From the NCBI GenBank assembly GCA_964429815.1, contig CAYSCM010000001.1, forward strand, positions 1 through 64,000: a stretch of DNA of 64,000 nucleotides, given 5' to 3'. Origin of the DNA: an uncultured Candidatus Saccharibacteria bacterium (GTDB lineage Bacteria > Patescibacteriota > Minisyncoccia > Phycocordibacterales > CAYSCM01). Shown here in pieces: positions 1 through 8,305 of the stretch. Below the pieces are notes generated by a model, which worked only from the letters and a program-made list of their open reading frames with translations, did not search any database and had not been told where the DNA came from. Positions within the stretch are counted from its first letter, which is position 1. The number at the start of each line of letters is the position of its first letter. Position numbers and translations under genes: made by a program.

Positions 1-3000
1 CGTTGCTTCCCGCTTGGAGACAGCCGGGGCCGGTGGCGAGGTAGAGGGCGGAGGTCGAGGCGTTCCCGGAGACGTAGAGGTTAGTCGTCGTCGCGGAGGT
101 ACCGGTGGCATTCACGAAGGTGACGTTCTGGAGGGTGGTCGAGGCGGTGACGAGGAGGTTGGTCGTGGTGGCCTGACCGGCAATGGTGAGGCCGCTGCCC
201 TGGGTTCCCCCGCCGATCGTCGAGGAGCCGGAGGAGAGGAGGGTACTGAAGGTGCCAAGCCCGGTTGAGGTGAGGTTCCCTGCGGAGAGGACGGTGGCAA
301 AGAGGTTGGTGGAGGAGGCGGTCGTTGCGAAGAAGGAGGTGCTGGTTGCCTTGGTGGTGGTGGCGTTCCCCGAGGAGATGAGGTCGATGAGGCGGGTCAC
401 CCCAGCGTCGGTCACCGAGAGGAGCGTGGTCGACGCCTGGTTGACGAGCTCGAGGGCCTTGGTGGTTGAGGAGGTGCCGCTTCCCCACAGTGTGAGCTTT
501 CCGTACCCGGGAGTCGAGGTGCCGATCGTCGTCGTGCCCGAGACGTTGAGGGCGCCGATGACCGTCGAGGAGGCCCCCGAGATGAAGCCGGTGCTCCTCC
601 AGAGGGAGGAGGTGGCGTTGGTCCAGCTGACGTAGTCGGCGAGGGCCGTGGGGACGACGTAGTCGGTGCCGGCAAGGGCTGTGGTGACCAGGCCGCTGCT
701 CGTCTTGAGCAAGCCGTCCCCGGTTCCCAGGTAGAGGTTGCTGGTCGAGGCGGTGGTGGCGAAGAGGGTCGTGGTGGTGGCGTTGGTGGCGGTGGCGTTG
801 CCGGTCACCGTGAGGGAGCCCACCGTTGAGGAGGCGCGCACCGTGAGGTAGGTGAGGGCGACGGTGCCGGTGGCGTCGATGGAGAGTGCGGAGACGGAGC
901 TGGTGGCGAAGGTGCCCGCCGAGCTCGTGGCGAGGTAGAGGTTCCCGCCGGCGTTCCTGAAGCTCCAGTGGGCGTTCCCGAGCGAGGAGGAGTCGGAGAG
1001 CGTGAGCTGGGGACCGGTCGAAGAAGCAATTTGGAGGGCCCACTGGGGAGAGGTGGTGCCGATGCCGACCTTGAGGGCCGTGTTGGGTGAGATGGCGAAG
1101 GCGTCCGTGGTGGAGGTGGCCCACTTGGAGTTGGCCTGGAGGGCGCAATTGAGGTTGGTCGAGGTGATGAGGCCGTTGCTTCCCGCTTGGAGACAGCCGG
1201 GGCCGGTGGCGAGGTAGAGGGCGGAGGTGGAGGCGGTGCCGGAGACGTAGAGGTTAGTCGTCGTCGCGGAGGTACCGGTGGCATTCACGAAGGTGACGTT
1301 CTGGAGGGTGGTCGAGGCGGTGACGAGGAGGTTGGTCGTGGTGGCCTGACCGGCAATGGTGAGGCCGCTGCCCTGGGTTCCCCCGCCGATCGTCGAGGAG
1401 CCGGAGGAGAGGAGAGTGGCGAAGGTGCCGAGTCCCGTTGAGGTGAGGTTCCCTGCGGAGAGGACGGTGGCAAAGAGGTTGGTGGAGGAGGCGGTCGTTG
1501 CGAAGAAGGAGGTGCTGGTTGCGGCGGTTGAGGTGGAGCGGGTGATGTTGGCGAAGATGGTGGCTCCCGTGAAGGTGTTGTTGTCGCTAAGGAGCGTTGA
1601 GGAGGCGGCGGTTATGCTGCTGCAGGTGACCAATCCAGAGGCGCTGGTGAGCAGGGCAGTTCCGGCGGCGCAGGGGCCGACTCCCAGGTAGAGGGCGGAG
1701 GTGGAGGCGGTGGTGGCGAAGAGGGTCGTGGTGGTGGCGTTGGTGGCGGTGGCGTTGCCGGTCACCGTGAGGGAGCCCACCGTTGAGGAGGCGCGCACCG
1801 TGAGGTAGGTGAGGGCGACGGTGCCGGTGGCGTCGATGGAGAGCGCGGTGCCCGTCGCATTGAGAGAATCCGAGCTCGTGCCGATGCGGAAGATGCCGCC
1901 GATGTTGGAGAGGAGCCAATGTTTGAGGTTAGTCCCGGCGTTGGTGTTCGTGACGGCGATGTAGGGCGTGGCGGAAGCTACCTGGAGGCTCCATGCGGGC
2001 GTCGAGGTGCCGATGCCGACCGATACCGTGTCCTTCCCTGAGGTGCCGCCAAGCACGATGGCACGACTGATGCCAACATTCGCACCTGCGCCGATCGCGG
2101 TCGAGGAGGCGATGTTGTCCACACCGGTCGAAACATCGGCGAGATTACCGACGAAGACACTCGAGCTCACGTTCGTCGGATTAAAAGCTGCGGCATAGCC
2201 GAGCGCGACGTTGTTGGAGCCCGTCTGATTGCCCAAGAGTGCTGAGTCGCCGAGAGCCACGTTGTACGAGCCGCTCGTGTTGTTCTGAAGCGCCACGTAC
2301 CCTACCGCGGTGTTGTGAGAACCGCCGTTTCCGCTGATAAGGGCCGAAGCGCCGAGCGCCGTGTTGTAGGAGCCAGTCCCGTTAGTGAAGAGCGCTGAAT
2401 CGCCGACTGCAGTGTTTTGCGTGCCCGAGGTGTTGTTGGTAAGAGCTACGTTACCGAACGCACTGTTGTTGCTGCCGCCGACGTCTTTGAGGAGCGCCTG
2501 GGAGCCAACCGCGGTGTTGGCTGTGCCTCCTGAAACAGCCTTCAGCGTGTTGTATCCAAGCGCAGTGTTGTCGGTATCACTCACGCCTGCGGCCGCACCT
2601 GAGAGAAGACCGATGTAGATGCTGTGTGAGCCCGTTGGCAATTCGACAAAACGCGTGCCGTTCCAGTAGAGACCGGTAGCAACGAAGTTCGTATCGTTGA
2701 GGGTCGAGGTGCCGGTTCCCTGAACAATGAGGTTCCCTGTTGTTGTTGCCCCACCGGAAATGGTAAGCCCTGACGCTTGGGTTCCCCCACCTATCGTCGA
2801 TGAAGCTGTCGCAAGGAATCCCCCGAGTACCTCAAGTTTGGTGTTAAGCGAGGTGGTCGCGGTGCCGCCGATCACCACCGCTAGTGCGGCATTTGGATAA
2901 ATAGTTAAACCATTGGTCGAGGTTGCAAATTTGTCGGTATTGATGCCCCCACAGGAAGCGCCCGAGACCACTCCCGACCCATTCACTTGGAGACACTGGG

Positions 3001-6000
3001 TCGACCCATTCCCCACCCCAGAGACTACGAGGGCGGAGGTGGAGGCGGTGCCCGTTACCGCCAGGGTCGTCGTGGTGGCGTTGGTGGTCGTCGCATTGAG
3101 AGCGGTGAAGTTTTGGAGCGTCGAGGAGCCGGTAGCAAGGAGGTTGCTGAAGGTGCCAAGCCCGGTTGAGGTGAGGTTCCCTGCGGAGAGGACGGTGGCA
3201 AAGAGGTTGGTGGAGCTGGCCGTGGTGGCAAAGAGGGTCGTGGTGGTGGCGTTGGTGCCGGTGGCGTTTTGGAAGTTCGTGCCCAGGCCGTCGACGTAGA
3301 AGAGCGAGGTGCTGGCGGCGTTCACGACCGAGAGGATGCGTCCCCCGGCATCGATGCTCGTCGGCGCTCCCCCGCCCCACAGCGTGAGCTTCGCGTAGCC
3401 CGTCGAGGTGCCGACCGTGGAGGAGGCGAGGCTCGTGAAGCCGCCGGTGAGGGTCGAGAGGCCGGTGACCGAAAGAGTGCTGCCGAAGGCGCCGCTCCCG
3501 CTGCTCGTGAGGTTCCCTGTCGAGAGGATGGTCGAGAAGAGGTTCGTCGAGCTCGCGGTGGTGGTGAAGAGGGTGGTTCCCGTCGCGTTGGTGAAGGTGA
3601 AGGAGCCGAGGGTGCCCACCGTGAGGGAGCCGATGGTCGCGCTGTTGGCGAAGAGGTTGGTGGTCGAGGCGTTCCCGGAGACGTAGAGGTTAGTCGTCGT
3701 CGCGGAGGTACCGGTGGCATTCACGAAGGTGACGTTCTGGAGGGTGGTCGAGGCGGTGACGAGGAGGTTGGTCGTGGTGGCCTGACCGGCAATGGTGAGG
3801 CCGCTGCCCTGGGTTCCCCCGCCGATCGTCGAGGAGCCGGAGGAGAGGAGGGTACTGAAGGTGCCAAGCCCGGTTGAGGTGAGGTTCCCTGCGGAGAGGA
3901 CGGTGGCAAAGAGGTTGGTGGAGGAGGCGGTCGTTGCGAAGAAAGAGGTGCTGGTTGCGGCGGTTGAGGTGGAGCGGGTGATGTTGGCGAAGATGGTGGC
4001 TCCCGTGAAGGTGTTGTTGTCGCTAAGGAGCGTTGAGGAGGCGGCGGTTATGCTGCTGCAGGTGACCAATCCAGAGGCGCTGGTGAGCAGGGCAGTTCCG
4101 GCGGCGCAGGGGCCGACTCCCAGGTAGAGGGCGGAGGTGGAGGCGGTGGTGGCGAAGAGGGTCGTGGTGGTGGCGTTGGTGGCGGTGGCGTTCACGAAGG
4201 TGACGTTCTGGAGGGTAGTGGAGCCGGTAGCAAGGAGGTTGCTGAAGATGCCAATCCCGGCTGAGGTGAGGTTGCCCGCGTTGATGGAGGTGGCGTAGAG
4301 ATTCGAGGTGCTTGCGACCGATGCGAAGAGGTTCGTGGTCGTCGCCGAGGAGCCTGTAGCGTTTTGGAAGGTAAGGTTCTGGAGCGTTGAGCTTCCGGTC
4401 GCCAGGAGGTTGCTGAAGGTGCCGATACCCGAGCTTGTGATATTTCCTGCGGAAAGAACCGTTGCAAAGAAGTTCGTGGAACTTGCCGTCGTCGCAAATA
4501 AGGTGGTGGTCGTCGCATTGGTGCCGGTGGCGTTGCTGAACGTGATGTTTTGGAAAGTAGAGGAAGCCGTCACGAGGAGGTTGGTGGTGGTAGCCTGGCC
4601 GAAAACCGTGAGACCGCCCCCTTGCGTACCGTTGCCGATGGTCGAAGAAGCGTAGGCGGTGAGGCCGCCGTTGAATTGCGTGAGGGTCGAGGTTGCGTTG
4701 CCCGCAAGCTGAAATGGATACGCTCCGCCACCGCCTGAGCCGCACGCCGCGCCGGTAGCTGAAACGACGCCAGTGCCGGAAATCTGGAGACACTGCGTCG
4801 AGCCGTTCCCAAGACTCGAAATGATAAGCGCAGAGGTCGAGGCGGTGCCGGAGATGGCGAGGTTTGTGGTAGTGGCATTCGTGGTCGTCGCATTGAGAGC
4901 GGTGAAGTTTTGGAGGGTCGTGGAGCCAGTGGCCAGAAGTGTGCTGAAGGTGCCAAGCCCGGTCGAGGTGATGTTACCGGCAGAGAGGACCTGGGCAAAG
5001 AGGTTGGTGGAGCTTGCGGTCGTCGTAAAGAAGTTGGTGGTCGTCGCCGAAGTACCCGTCGCATTCCCAAAGGTGAAGTTCTGGAGGGTGGTCGAGGAGG
5101 TCGCGAGGAGGTTTTGGAGCGTAAAGAGTTTCGTCGTTTTGTTGAACGTAAGCGTTGCGTCGCCGTTGAAGATTCCGCCGTCATTGAACTGCACTTGCGT
5201 GTTGCTTCCGCCCGGGTTACCCGCGCCGCCGTTGGCCGAGAGGCAGGTGCCGTTGATCGAGAAGCATCCGCCGGTGAGATTGACCCCGCTTGCGAGGGTC
5301 GAGGTGGCCGTGGTCGTCGAGACATTGAGGACCCCGACCGAAAGGCCGTTCGCGACCGTCGAGGTACCGGCCGAGGCGGAAATGGAGAGGGCGCCGGTGA
5401 GCGTTCCTCCTGAAAGCGGCAAAAAATTAAGTCCGGTGATCGAGCCAGTGAACGTGGCGTCTTTGATGGTTACACCCGAAAGATTGTCGATGCGGTTGGT
5501 GAGGGCGACGCTCTGGAAATTGGCGGGGGTGGTCGGCGCAGGGCCGCTGAACTGAGGCGTGAACGCGCCGATCGAATAGATTTGGGCGGAAAGTTTATTG
5601 TCGAGCTGGTTCAAACGCACATTGAGCTCATCCTCGGTCACACTTGCAGCGACCGGCGCGCCGGAGACGACGCGCTCGATGGTTCGTTCAACCACTTTCG
5701 TCTGAATGGGCTGAACGATGACCGTCGTACTCGCCGGATTGTACGTGTTGTTGATATTTTGAACGATCGACTGCAGGGAAGGTGCGTTTGAACGGTGCCA
5801 GAACGCGAATATGGCCCGCACCGCGTCATATACGCTCGTCGGAGAAAGCGCGAAAGCGACCTGATGCGAAGCGCTCACGAGTCCCGAGCGGATCTGCGCA
5901 ACACTTACCGAAAATGCTTGCCCAAGACTTTCATGAGCCAACGTATCACGGAGGTTTCGAGAAGAGGAAGACGCTACGGAAGAGGAAACGGCTGCAAGGG

Positions 6001-6871
6001 ATGCGGACACTTTAGAGCGACCAGCGTCTGTGAGTTTGAGGCCAGACACTAAAGACGTGCCGGCAGCGCGTCCGAGCTCAGCGCTACCAACGGAAGCGTG
6101 GAAGGAGAGAGTCCCGATAGTTTCCCCAAGCTGATGGATAACCGCCACGTACCTATCACCAAACTCTAAAACAGCGGATAGAGCCGCTCTGTGAACGTTT
6201 CCACCAAAGGCGCTCACGGCGTCGGAGAACGTCAGAGGCTCTAAGTGAAGTTCAGAGATGGTCCGGGCAAGTTCACGGCCGCTTCGATACACACCAAAAG
6301 CTGGCTCATTCGCATGAATCGCGCCGTAGGAAAGAACAACCGCAACATCACGGAGCACGTTCAACTCTCCTGGAGAAGGAGCAATGCGCTGCGCCAAGGC
6401 GTGGAATCTCTCTGCTCCGGCAAACACTCCCCCGAAGACGCTGAAAAATATAAGCGCTGCCGTCGCCACCCGAAACGCTGAAAATGCAAATATGGCCGGC
6501 TTTCGTGGGGATGTCAACGTTCTGACAGGAAAAGAAATCGGCGCAAGAGGTTCAACCACGACCTTCATCGAAGGGACGAGTCTCGTTGCCGGTTTGGAAA
6601 GAGGTCTCGCGATTGAGTGCGTGGCAGCACGATGGTACTCAGCCTTACGAGATCGACTTATTTCCGCATGGCGACGGGTAGTGCCCTCCTTTGCCTTTGC
6701 GATAAACGCGAAGAAAGATTCCTCTTCAACGTACCAGATGCGCCCGATGCGCTGCGCAGTTACCTTGCCCTGACGACATAGGCGAGCGACATAATCGTTG
6801 GTATAACCAACAGCATCCCCGGCTGCTTTTGCGGAAAGATATTTTTTATCGAGGATGAGTAGGTGACTCAT
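1..6871 (-). CDS. Giant repeat-rich surface/adhesin-like protein, partial (C-terminus beyond window start). N-terminal excisionase-type HTH (HTH_17-like), single TM helix, then >2,200 aa Thr/Ser/Asn/Ala/Gly-rich repeats with Hep_Hag/YadA-head-like and tail-fibre-like modules
   Basis: Manual translation of minus frame (codon top position = 1 mod 3): ATG at 6871-6869 preceded by in-frame TAA (6901-6899); no stop down to position 1 (no M-to-stop ORF in this frame in the ORF track because it runs off the window). N-term MSHLLILDKKYLSAKAAGDAVGYTNDYVARLCRQGKVTAQRIGRIWYVEEE = Xis-like HTH; hydrophobic KPAIFAFSAFRVATAALIFFSVFGGVFAGA = TM; downstream low-complexity repeats e.g. STLQNVTFVNATGTSATTTNLYVSG, NTAVGDSALFTNGTGSYNTALGASAL, KVGIGTTSPQWALQIASST. 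Wrong-frame ORFs in the track (His/Arg-rich, Pro-rich, Gly/Glu-rich) are artefacts of this frame. Confidence 0.75.
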   Translation of the reverse strand, partial: MSHLLILDKKYLSAKAAGDAVGYTNDYVARLCRQGKVTAQRIGRIWYVEEESFFAFIAKAKEGTTRRHAEISRSRKAEYHRAATHSIARPLSKPATRLVPSMKVVVEPLAPISFPVRTLTSPRKPAIFAFSAFRVATAALIFFSVFGGVFAGAERFHALAQRIAPSPGELNVLRDVAVVLSYGAIHANEPAFGVYRSGRELARTISELHLEPLTFSDAVSAFGGNVHRAALSAVLEFGDRYVAVIHQLGETIGTLSFHASVGSAELGRAAGTSLVSGLKLTDAGRSKVSASLAAVSSSVASSSSRNLRDTLAHESLGQAFSVSVAQIRSGLVSASHQVAFALSPTSVYDAVRAIFAFWHRSNAPSLQSIVQNINNTYNPASTTVIVQPIQTKVVERTIERVVSGAPVAASVTEDELNVRLNQLDNKLSAQIYSIGAFTPQFSGPAPTTPANFQSVALTNRIDNLSGVTIKDATFTGSITGLNFLPLSGGTLTGALSISASAGTSTVANGLSVGVLNVSTTTATSTLASGVNLTGGCFSINGTCLSANGGAGNPGGSNTQVQFNDGGIFNGDATLTFNKTTKLFTLQNLLATSSTTLQNFTFGNATGTSATTTNFFTTTASSTNLFAQVLSAGNITSTGLGTFSTLLATGSTTLQNFTALNATTTNATTTNLAISGTASTSALIISSLGNGSTQCLQISGTGVVSATGAACGSGGGGAYPFQLAGNATSTLTQFNGGLTAYASSTIGNGTQGGGLTVFGQATTTNLLVTASSTFQNITFSNATGTNATTTTLFATTASSTNFFATVLSAGNITSSGIGTFSNLLATGSSTLQNLTFQNATGSSATTTNLFASVASTSNLYATSINAGNLTSAGIGIFSNLLATGSTTLQNVTFVNATATNATTTTLFATTASTSALYLGVGPCAAGTALLTSASGLVTCSSITAASSTLLSDNNTFTGATIFANITRSTSTAATSTSFFATTASSTNLFATVLSAGNLTSTGLGTFSTLLSSGSSTIGGGTQGSGLTIAGQATTTNLLVTASTTLQNVTFVNATGTSATTTNLYVSGNASTTNLFANSATIGSLTVGTLGSFTFTNATGTTLFTTTASSTNLFSTILSTGNLTSSGSGAFGSTLSVTGLSTLTGGFTSLASSTVGTSTGYAKLTLWGGGAPTSIDAGGRILSVVNAASTSLFYVDGLGTNFQNATGTNATTTTLFATTASSTNLFATVLSAGNLTSTGLGTFSNLLATGSSTLQNFTALNATTTNATTTTLAVTGTASTSALVVSGVGNGSTQCLQVNGSGVVSGASCGGINTDKFATSTNGLTIYPNAALAVVIGGTATTSLNTKLEVLGGFLATASSTIGGGTQASGLTISGGATTTGNLIVQGTGTSTLNDTNFVATGLYWNGTRFVELPTGSHSIYIGLLSGAAAGVSDTDNTALGYNTLKAVSGGTANTAVGSQALLKDVGGSNNSAFGNVALTNNTSGTQNTAVGDSALFTNGTGSYNTALGASALISGNGGSHNTAVGYVALQNNTSGSYNVALGDSALLGNQTGSNNVALGYAAAFNPTNVSSSVFVGNLADVSTGVDNIASSTAIGAGANVGISRAIVLGGTSGKDTVSVGIGTSTPAWSLQVASATPYIAVTNTNAGTNLKHWLLSNIGGIFRIGTSSDSLNATGTALSIDATGTVALTYLTVRASSTVGSLTVTGNATATNATTTTLFATTASTSALYLGVGPCAAGTALLTSASGLVTCSSITAASSTLLSDNNTFTGATIFANITRSTSTAATSTSFFATTASSTNLFATVLSAGNLTSTGLGTFATLLSSGSSTIGGGTQGSGLTIAGQATTTNLLVTASTTLQNVTFVNATGTSATTTNLYVSGTASTSALYLATGPGCLQAGSNGLITSTNLNCALQANSKWATSTTDAFAISPNTALKVGIGTTSPQWALQIASSTGPQLTLSDSSSLGNAHWSFRNAGGNLYLATSSAGTFATSSVSALSIDATGTVALTYLTVRASSTVGSLTVTGNATATNATTTTLFATTASTSNLYLGTGDGLLKTSSGLVTTALAGTDYVVPTALADYVSWTNATSSLWRSTGFISGASSTVIGALNVSGTTTIGTSTPGYGKLTLWGSGTSSTTKALELVNQASTTLLSVTDAGVTRLIDLISSGNATTTKATSTSFFATTASSTNLFATVLSAGNLTSTGLGTFSTLLSSGSSTIGGGTQGSGLTIAGQATTTNLLVTASTTLQNVTFVNATGTSATTTNLYVSGNASTSALYLATGPGCLQAGSN
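2..350. repeat. Intragenic near-identical DNA repeat, copy A (matches 1176..1524 and 3661..3953)
   Basis: Identical 62-aa and 84-aa spurious ORFs recur at 112..300 / 1285..1473 / 3721..3909 and 14..268 / 1187..1441; direct sequence comparison shows ~300 bp identity with 1-2 mismatches. Confidence 0.85.
1176..1750. repeat. Intragenic near-identical DNA repeat, copy B (about 510 bp near-identical to 3676..4186; 1707..1852 also matches 751..896)
   Basis: ORF 1356..1691 (+) is identical in protein to 3792..4127 (+); direct comparison of the nucleotide rows. Confidence 0.85.
3661..4190. repeat. Intragenic near-identical DNA repeat, copy C
   Basis: See copies A and B; offsets are 2436 bp (B to C) and 3603 bp (A to C). 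Confidence 0.85.
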
Positions 6872-7132
6872 TGGTCGCCCACCCGAAGTGCTTATAGTTT
6901 ACGCCATCATTTCGAAAATTACCTAGAAAAAATGTGGAAAACTGGCCAGGTAATTCCTAGATATGTCGCCACACTTTTTAGCCCTTTGAATAAAGGTTTC
7001 TTAGCTAGTCCAGCGCGAGACCTGCCGAGGCTCATTTATTATTCCGCCCAGTTCAGGCCTAGATTTCTGATGCTCCTCCTGTAGTGCTTTGGCCGAGAAA
7101 TAATATGCCTTAAAACCTATATTTATATATCG

Positions 7133-8305
7133 TTAGAGCTGTAAAAGATGCCCTAGGGCCAGGTATACATTTATAGCCACATGGGCTATGAATCCAAAAG
7201 CCGCGGGAGCTGGCGGAGTCGCGATTTGTGCGATAGGCCTTGTGACGGCGTACGTGCCGCTCAAAAAGCCACTAAGAACAGCAAACAAGAAAGCCGAAAG
7301 CGCAAAGGCGGCTGCTAGGAGCTTTCCAAGGGAGCGAAGGTATCCATAGCGATCGATCGTAAGGGTCTGGGCGGTAACAACCCCAGCAGGGACCAGAAGT
7401 GCCTTTGCACCCTGCTTAGAAGGAGGCGCTGCTACTATGTCGGTCTTCATTGGTTTTGTGAGCGCAGGGATGAGTGGGTGCGCATCTGGATGATAGGTAA
7501 TGGGAACACGACGCTCACCGGAAACTATTCTTTCCTTTATTTGATCCTCATGAGGGGAAATAGGCGCAGTGGTGGCATTGAGAGCGGGAGAATTAAGCAT
7601 ATTTTGTGGGCTGTTTTTTGAAACCTCCTCACGAGATTCTCCCAAACTGACCGACAATGGCGTAGTCCCCAGATCGGCAACCGGGTGAAGCTCAGTTGAT
7701 TGAGGAGCCTCGGTGTTTGTATCCGCCTTTGCGCTCTGAGGTATGCTCTCCGGTAATAGACTCTTTTGAACCTCGGTTTCGAAAAACGTAGGCCACCATG
7801 ACAGGAGCTGGTCGGGAACATTCCCTGCCCCCGGAAGTTTGCTAGGGTTGAAAATGGATTGTTGAGGGAGTCTCTCATAGGTATGTACTCTAGCTACTAA
7901 TGGCTTTACTTGTGCCCGGGACCCTCGTTTTCGACCACGAGCTTCACGGCTGCGGTTTTTCATATACTGTTCAAGCTCCTCTGGGTCCAAAAACCATGAG
8001 CGCCCCACCAGCTTTCCCGCTACCCTTCCAGCACGGATGAGCTGACCGACGTAGTCAGACTCGTACCCGAAAAGCGCGGAGGCCTCCCGTGCAGTTATGT
8101 ATTTTTTGCCGTTGACGAAAAGAGTGTGCTCCACCCTTTCAGTATAGGGCTTTTTTTCTCGGTTACCTGAGAAATGAAGTGGATATGCTGTCAGCAAAAC
8201 TTTTCCGCGGCGTCGTTTTCTGCATTTAGGTAAGCATCCGTGCAAGGAGGTCCCGCAGAAGAACGGGATTAGCTGAGCCCTTACTTGCACGCATTCCCTG
8301 CCCAA
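7133..8305 (-). CDS. HTH_17 (excisionase-like) domain protein with Pro/Ser-rich linker and C-terminal membrane anchor; paralog of the N-terminus of the giant protein. Start uncertain: the M at 8305 overlaps the gatB 3' end by 80 nt; an in-frame TTG at 8197 is possible
   Basis: ORF track 390 aa; motif KKYITAREASALFGYESDYVGQLIRAGRVAGKLVGRSWFL parallels KKYLSAKAAGDAVGYTNDYVARLCRQGKVTAQRIGRIWYV of the giant gene; C-terminal hydrophobic LLAAAFALSAFLFAVLSGFLSG...FGFIAHVAINVYLALGHLL. Confidence 0.55.
   Translation of the reverse strand: MGRECVQVRAQLIPFFCGTSLHGCLPKCRKRRRGKVLLTAYPLHFSGNREKKPYTERVEHTLFVNGKKYITAREASALFGYESDYVGQLIRAGRVAGKLVGRSWFLDPEELEQYMKNRSREARGRKRGSRAQVKPLVARVHTYERLPQQSIFNPSKLPGAGNVPDQLLSWWPTFFETEVQKSLLPESIPQSAKADTNTEAPQSTELHPVADLGTTPLSVSLGESREEVSKNSPQNMLNSPALNATTAPISPHEDQIKERIVSGERRVPITYHPDAHPLIPALTKPMKTDIVAAPPSKQGAKALLVPAGVVTAQTLTIDRYGYLRSLGKLLAAAFALSAFLFAVLSGFLSGTYAVTRPIAQIATPPAPAAFGFIAHVAINVYLALGHLLQL

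Noticed and set aside
81-5555. Many long ORFs in the ORF track within the first 5.5 kb on both strands (His/Arg-rich 81..1148, Pro-rich 805..1284 and 3322..3720, Gly/Glu-rich 14..268, 3269..3877, 4910..5413, and others)
   Set aside because: Their compositions are alternative-frame or antisense artefacts of a GC-rich tandemly repetitive gene. The only frame giving a continuous protein-like (T/S/A/N/G/L) sequence is the minus frame called here, which the track cannot show because it has no stop in the window.
1-5560. Possible CRISPR array suggested by the repetitiveness
   Set aside because: The repeats are hundreds of bp long, in-frame and coding, with no short repeat/unique-spacer alternation and no cas genes.
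6872-8305. HTH_17 (excisionase-like) domains as evidence of an integrative mobile element
   Set aside because: No integrase, recombinase, att-like repeats or compositional island were seen; the domains are fused to membrane proteins.
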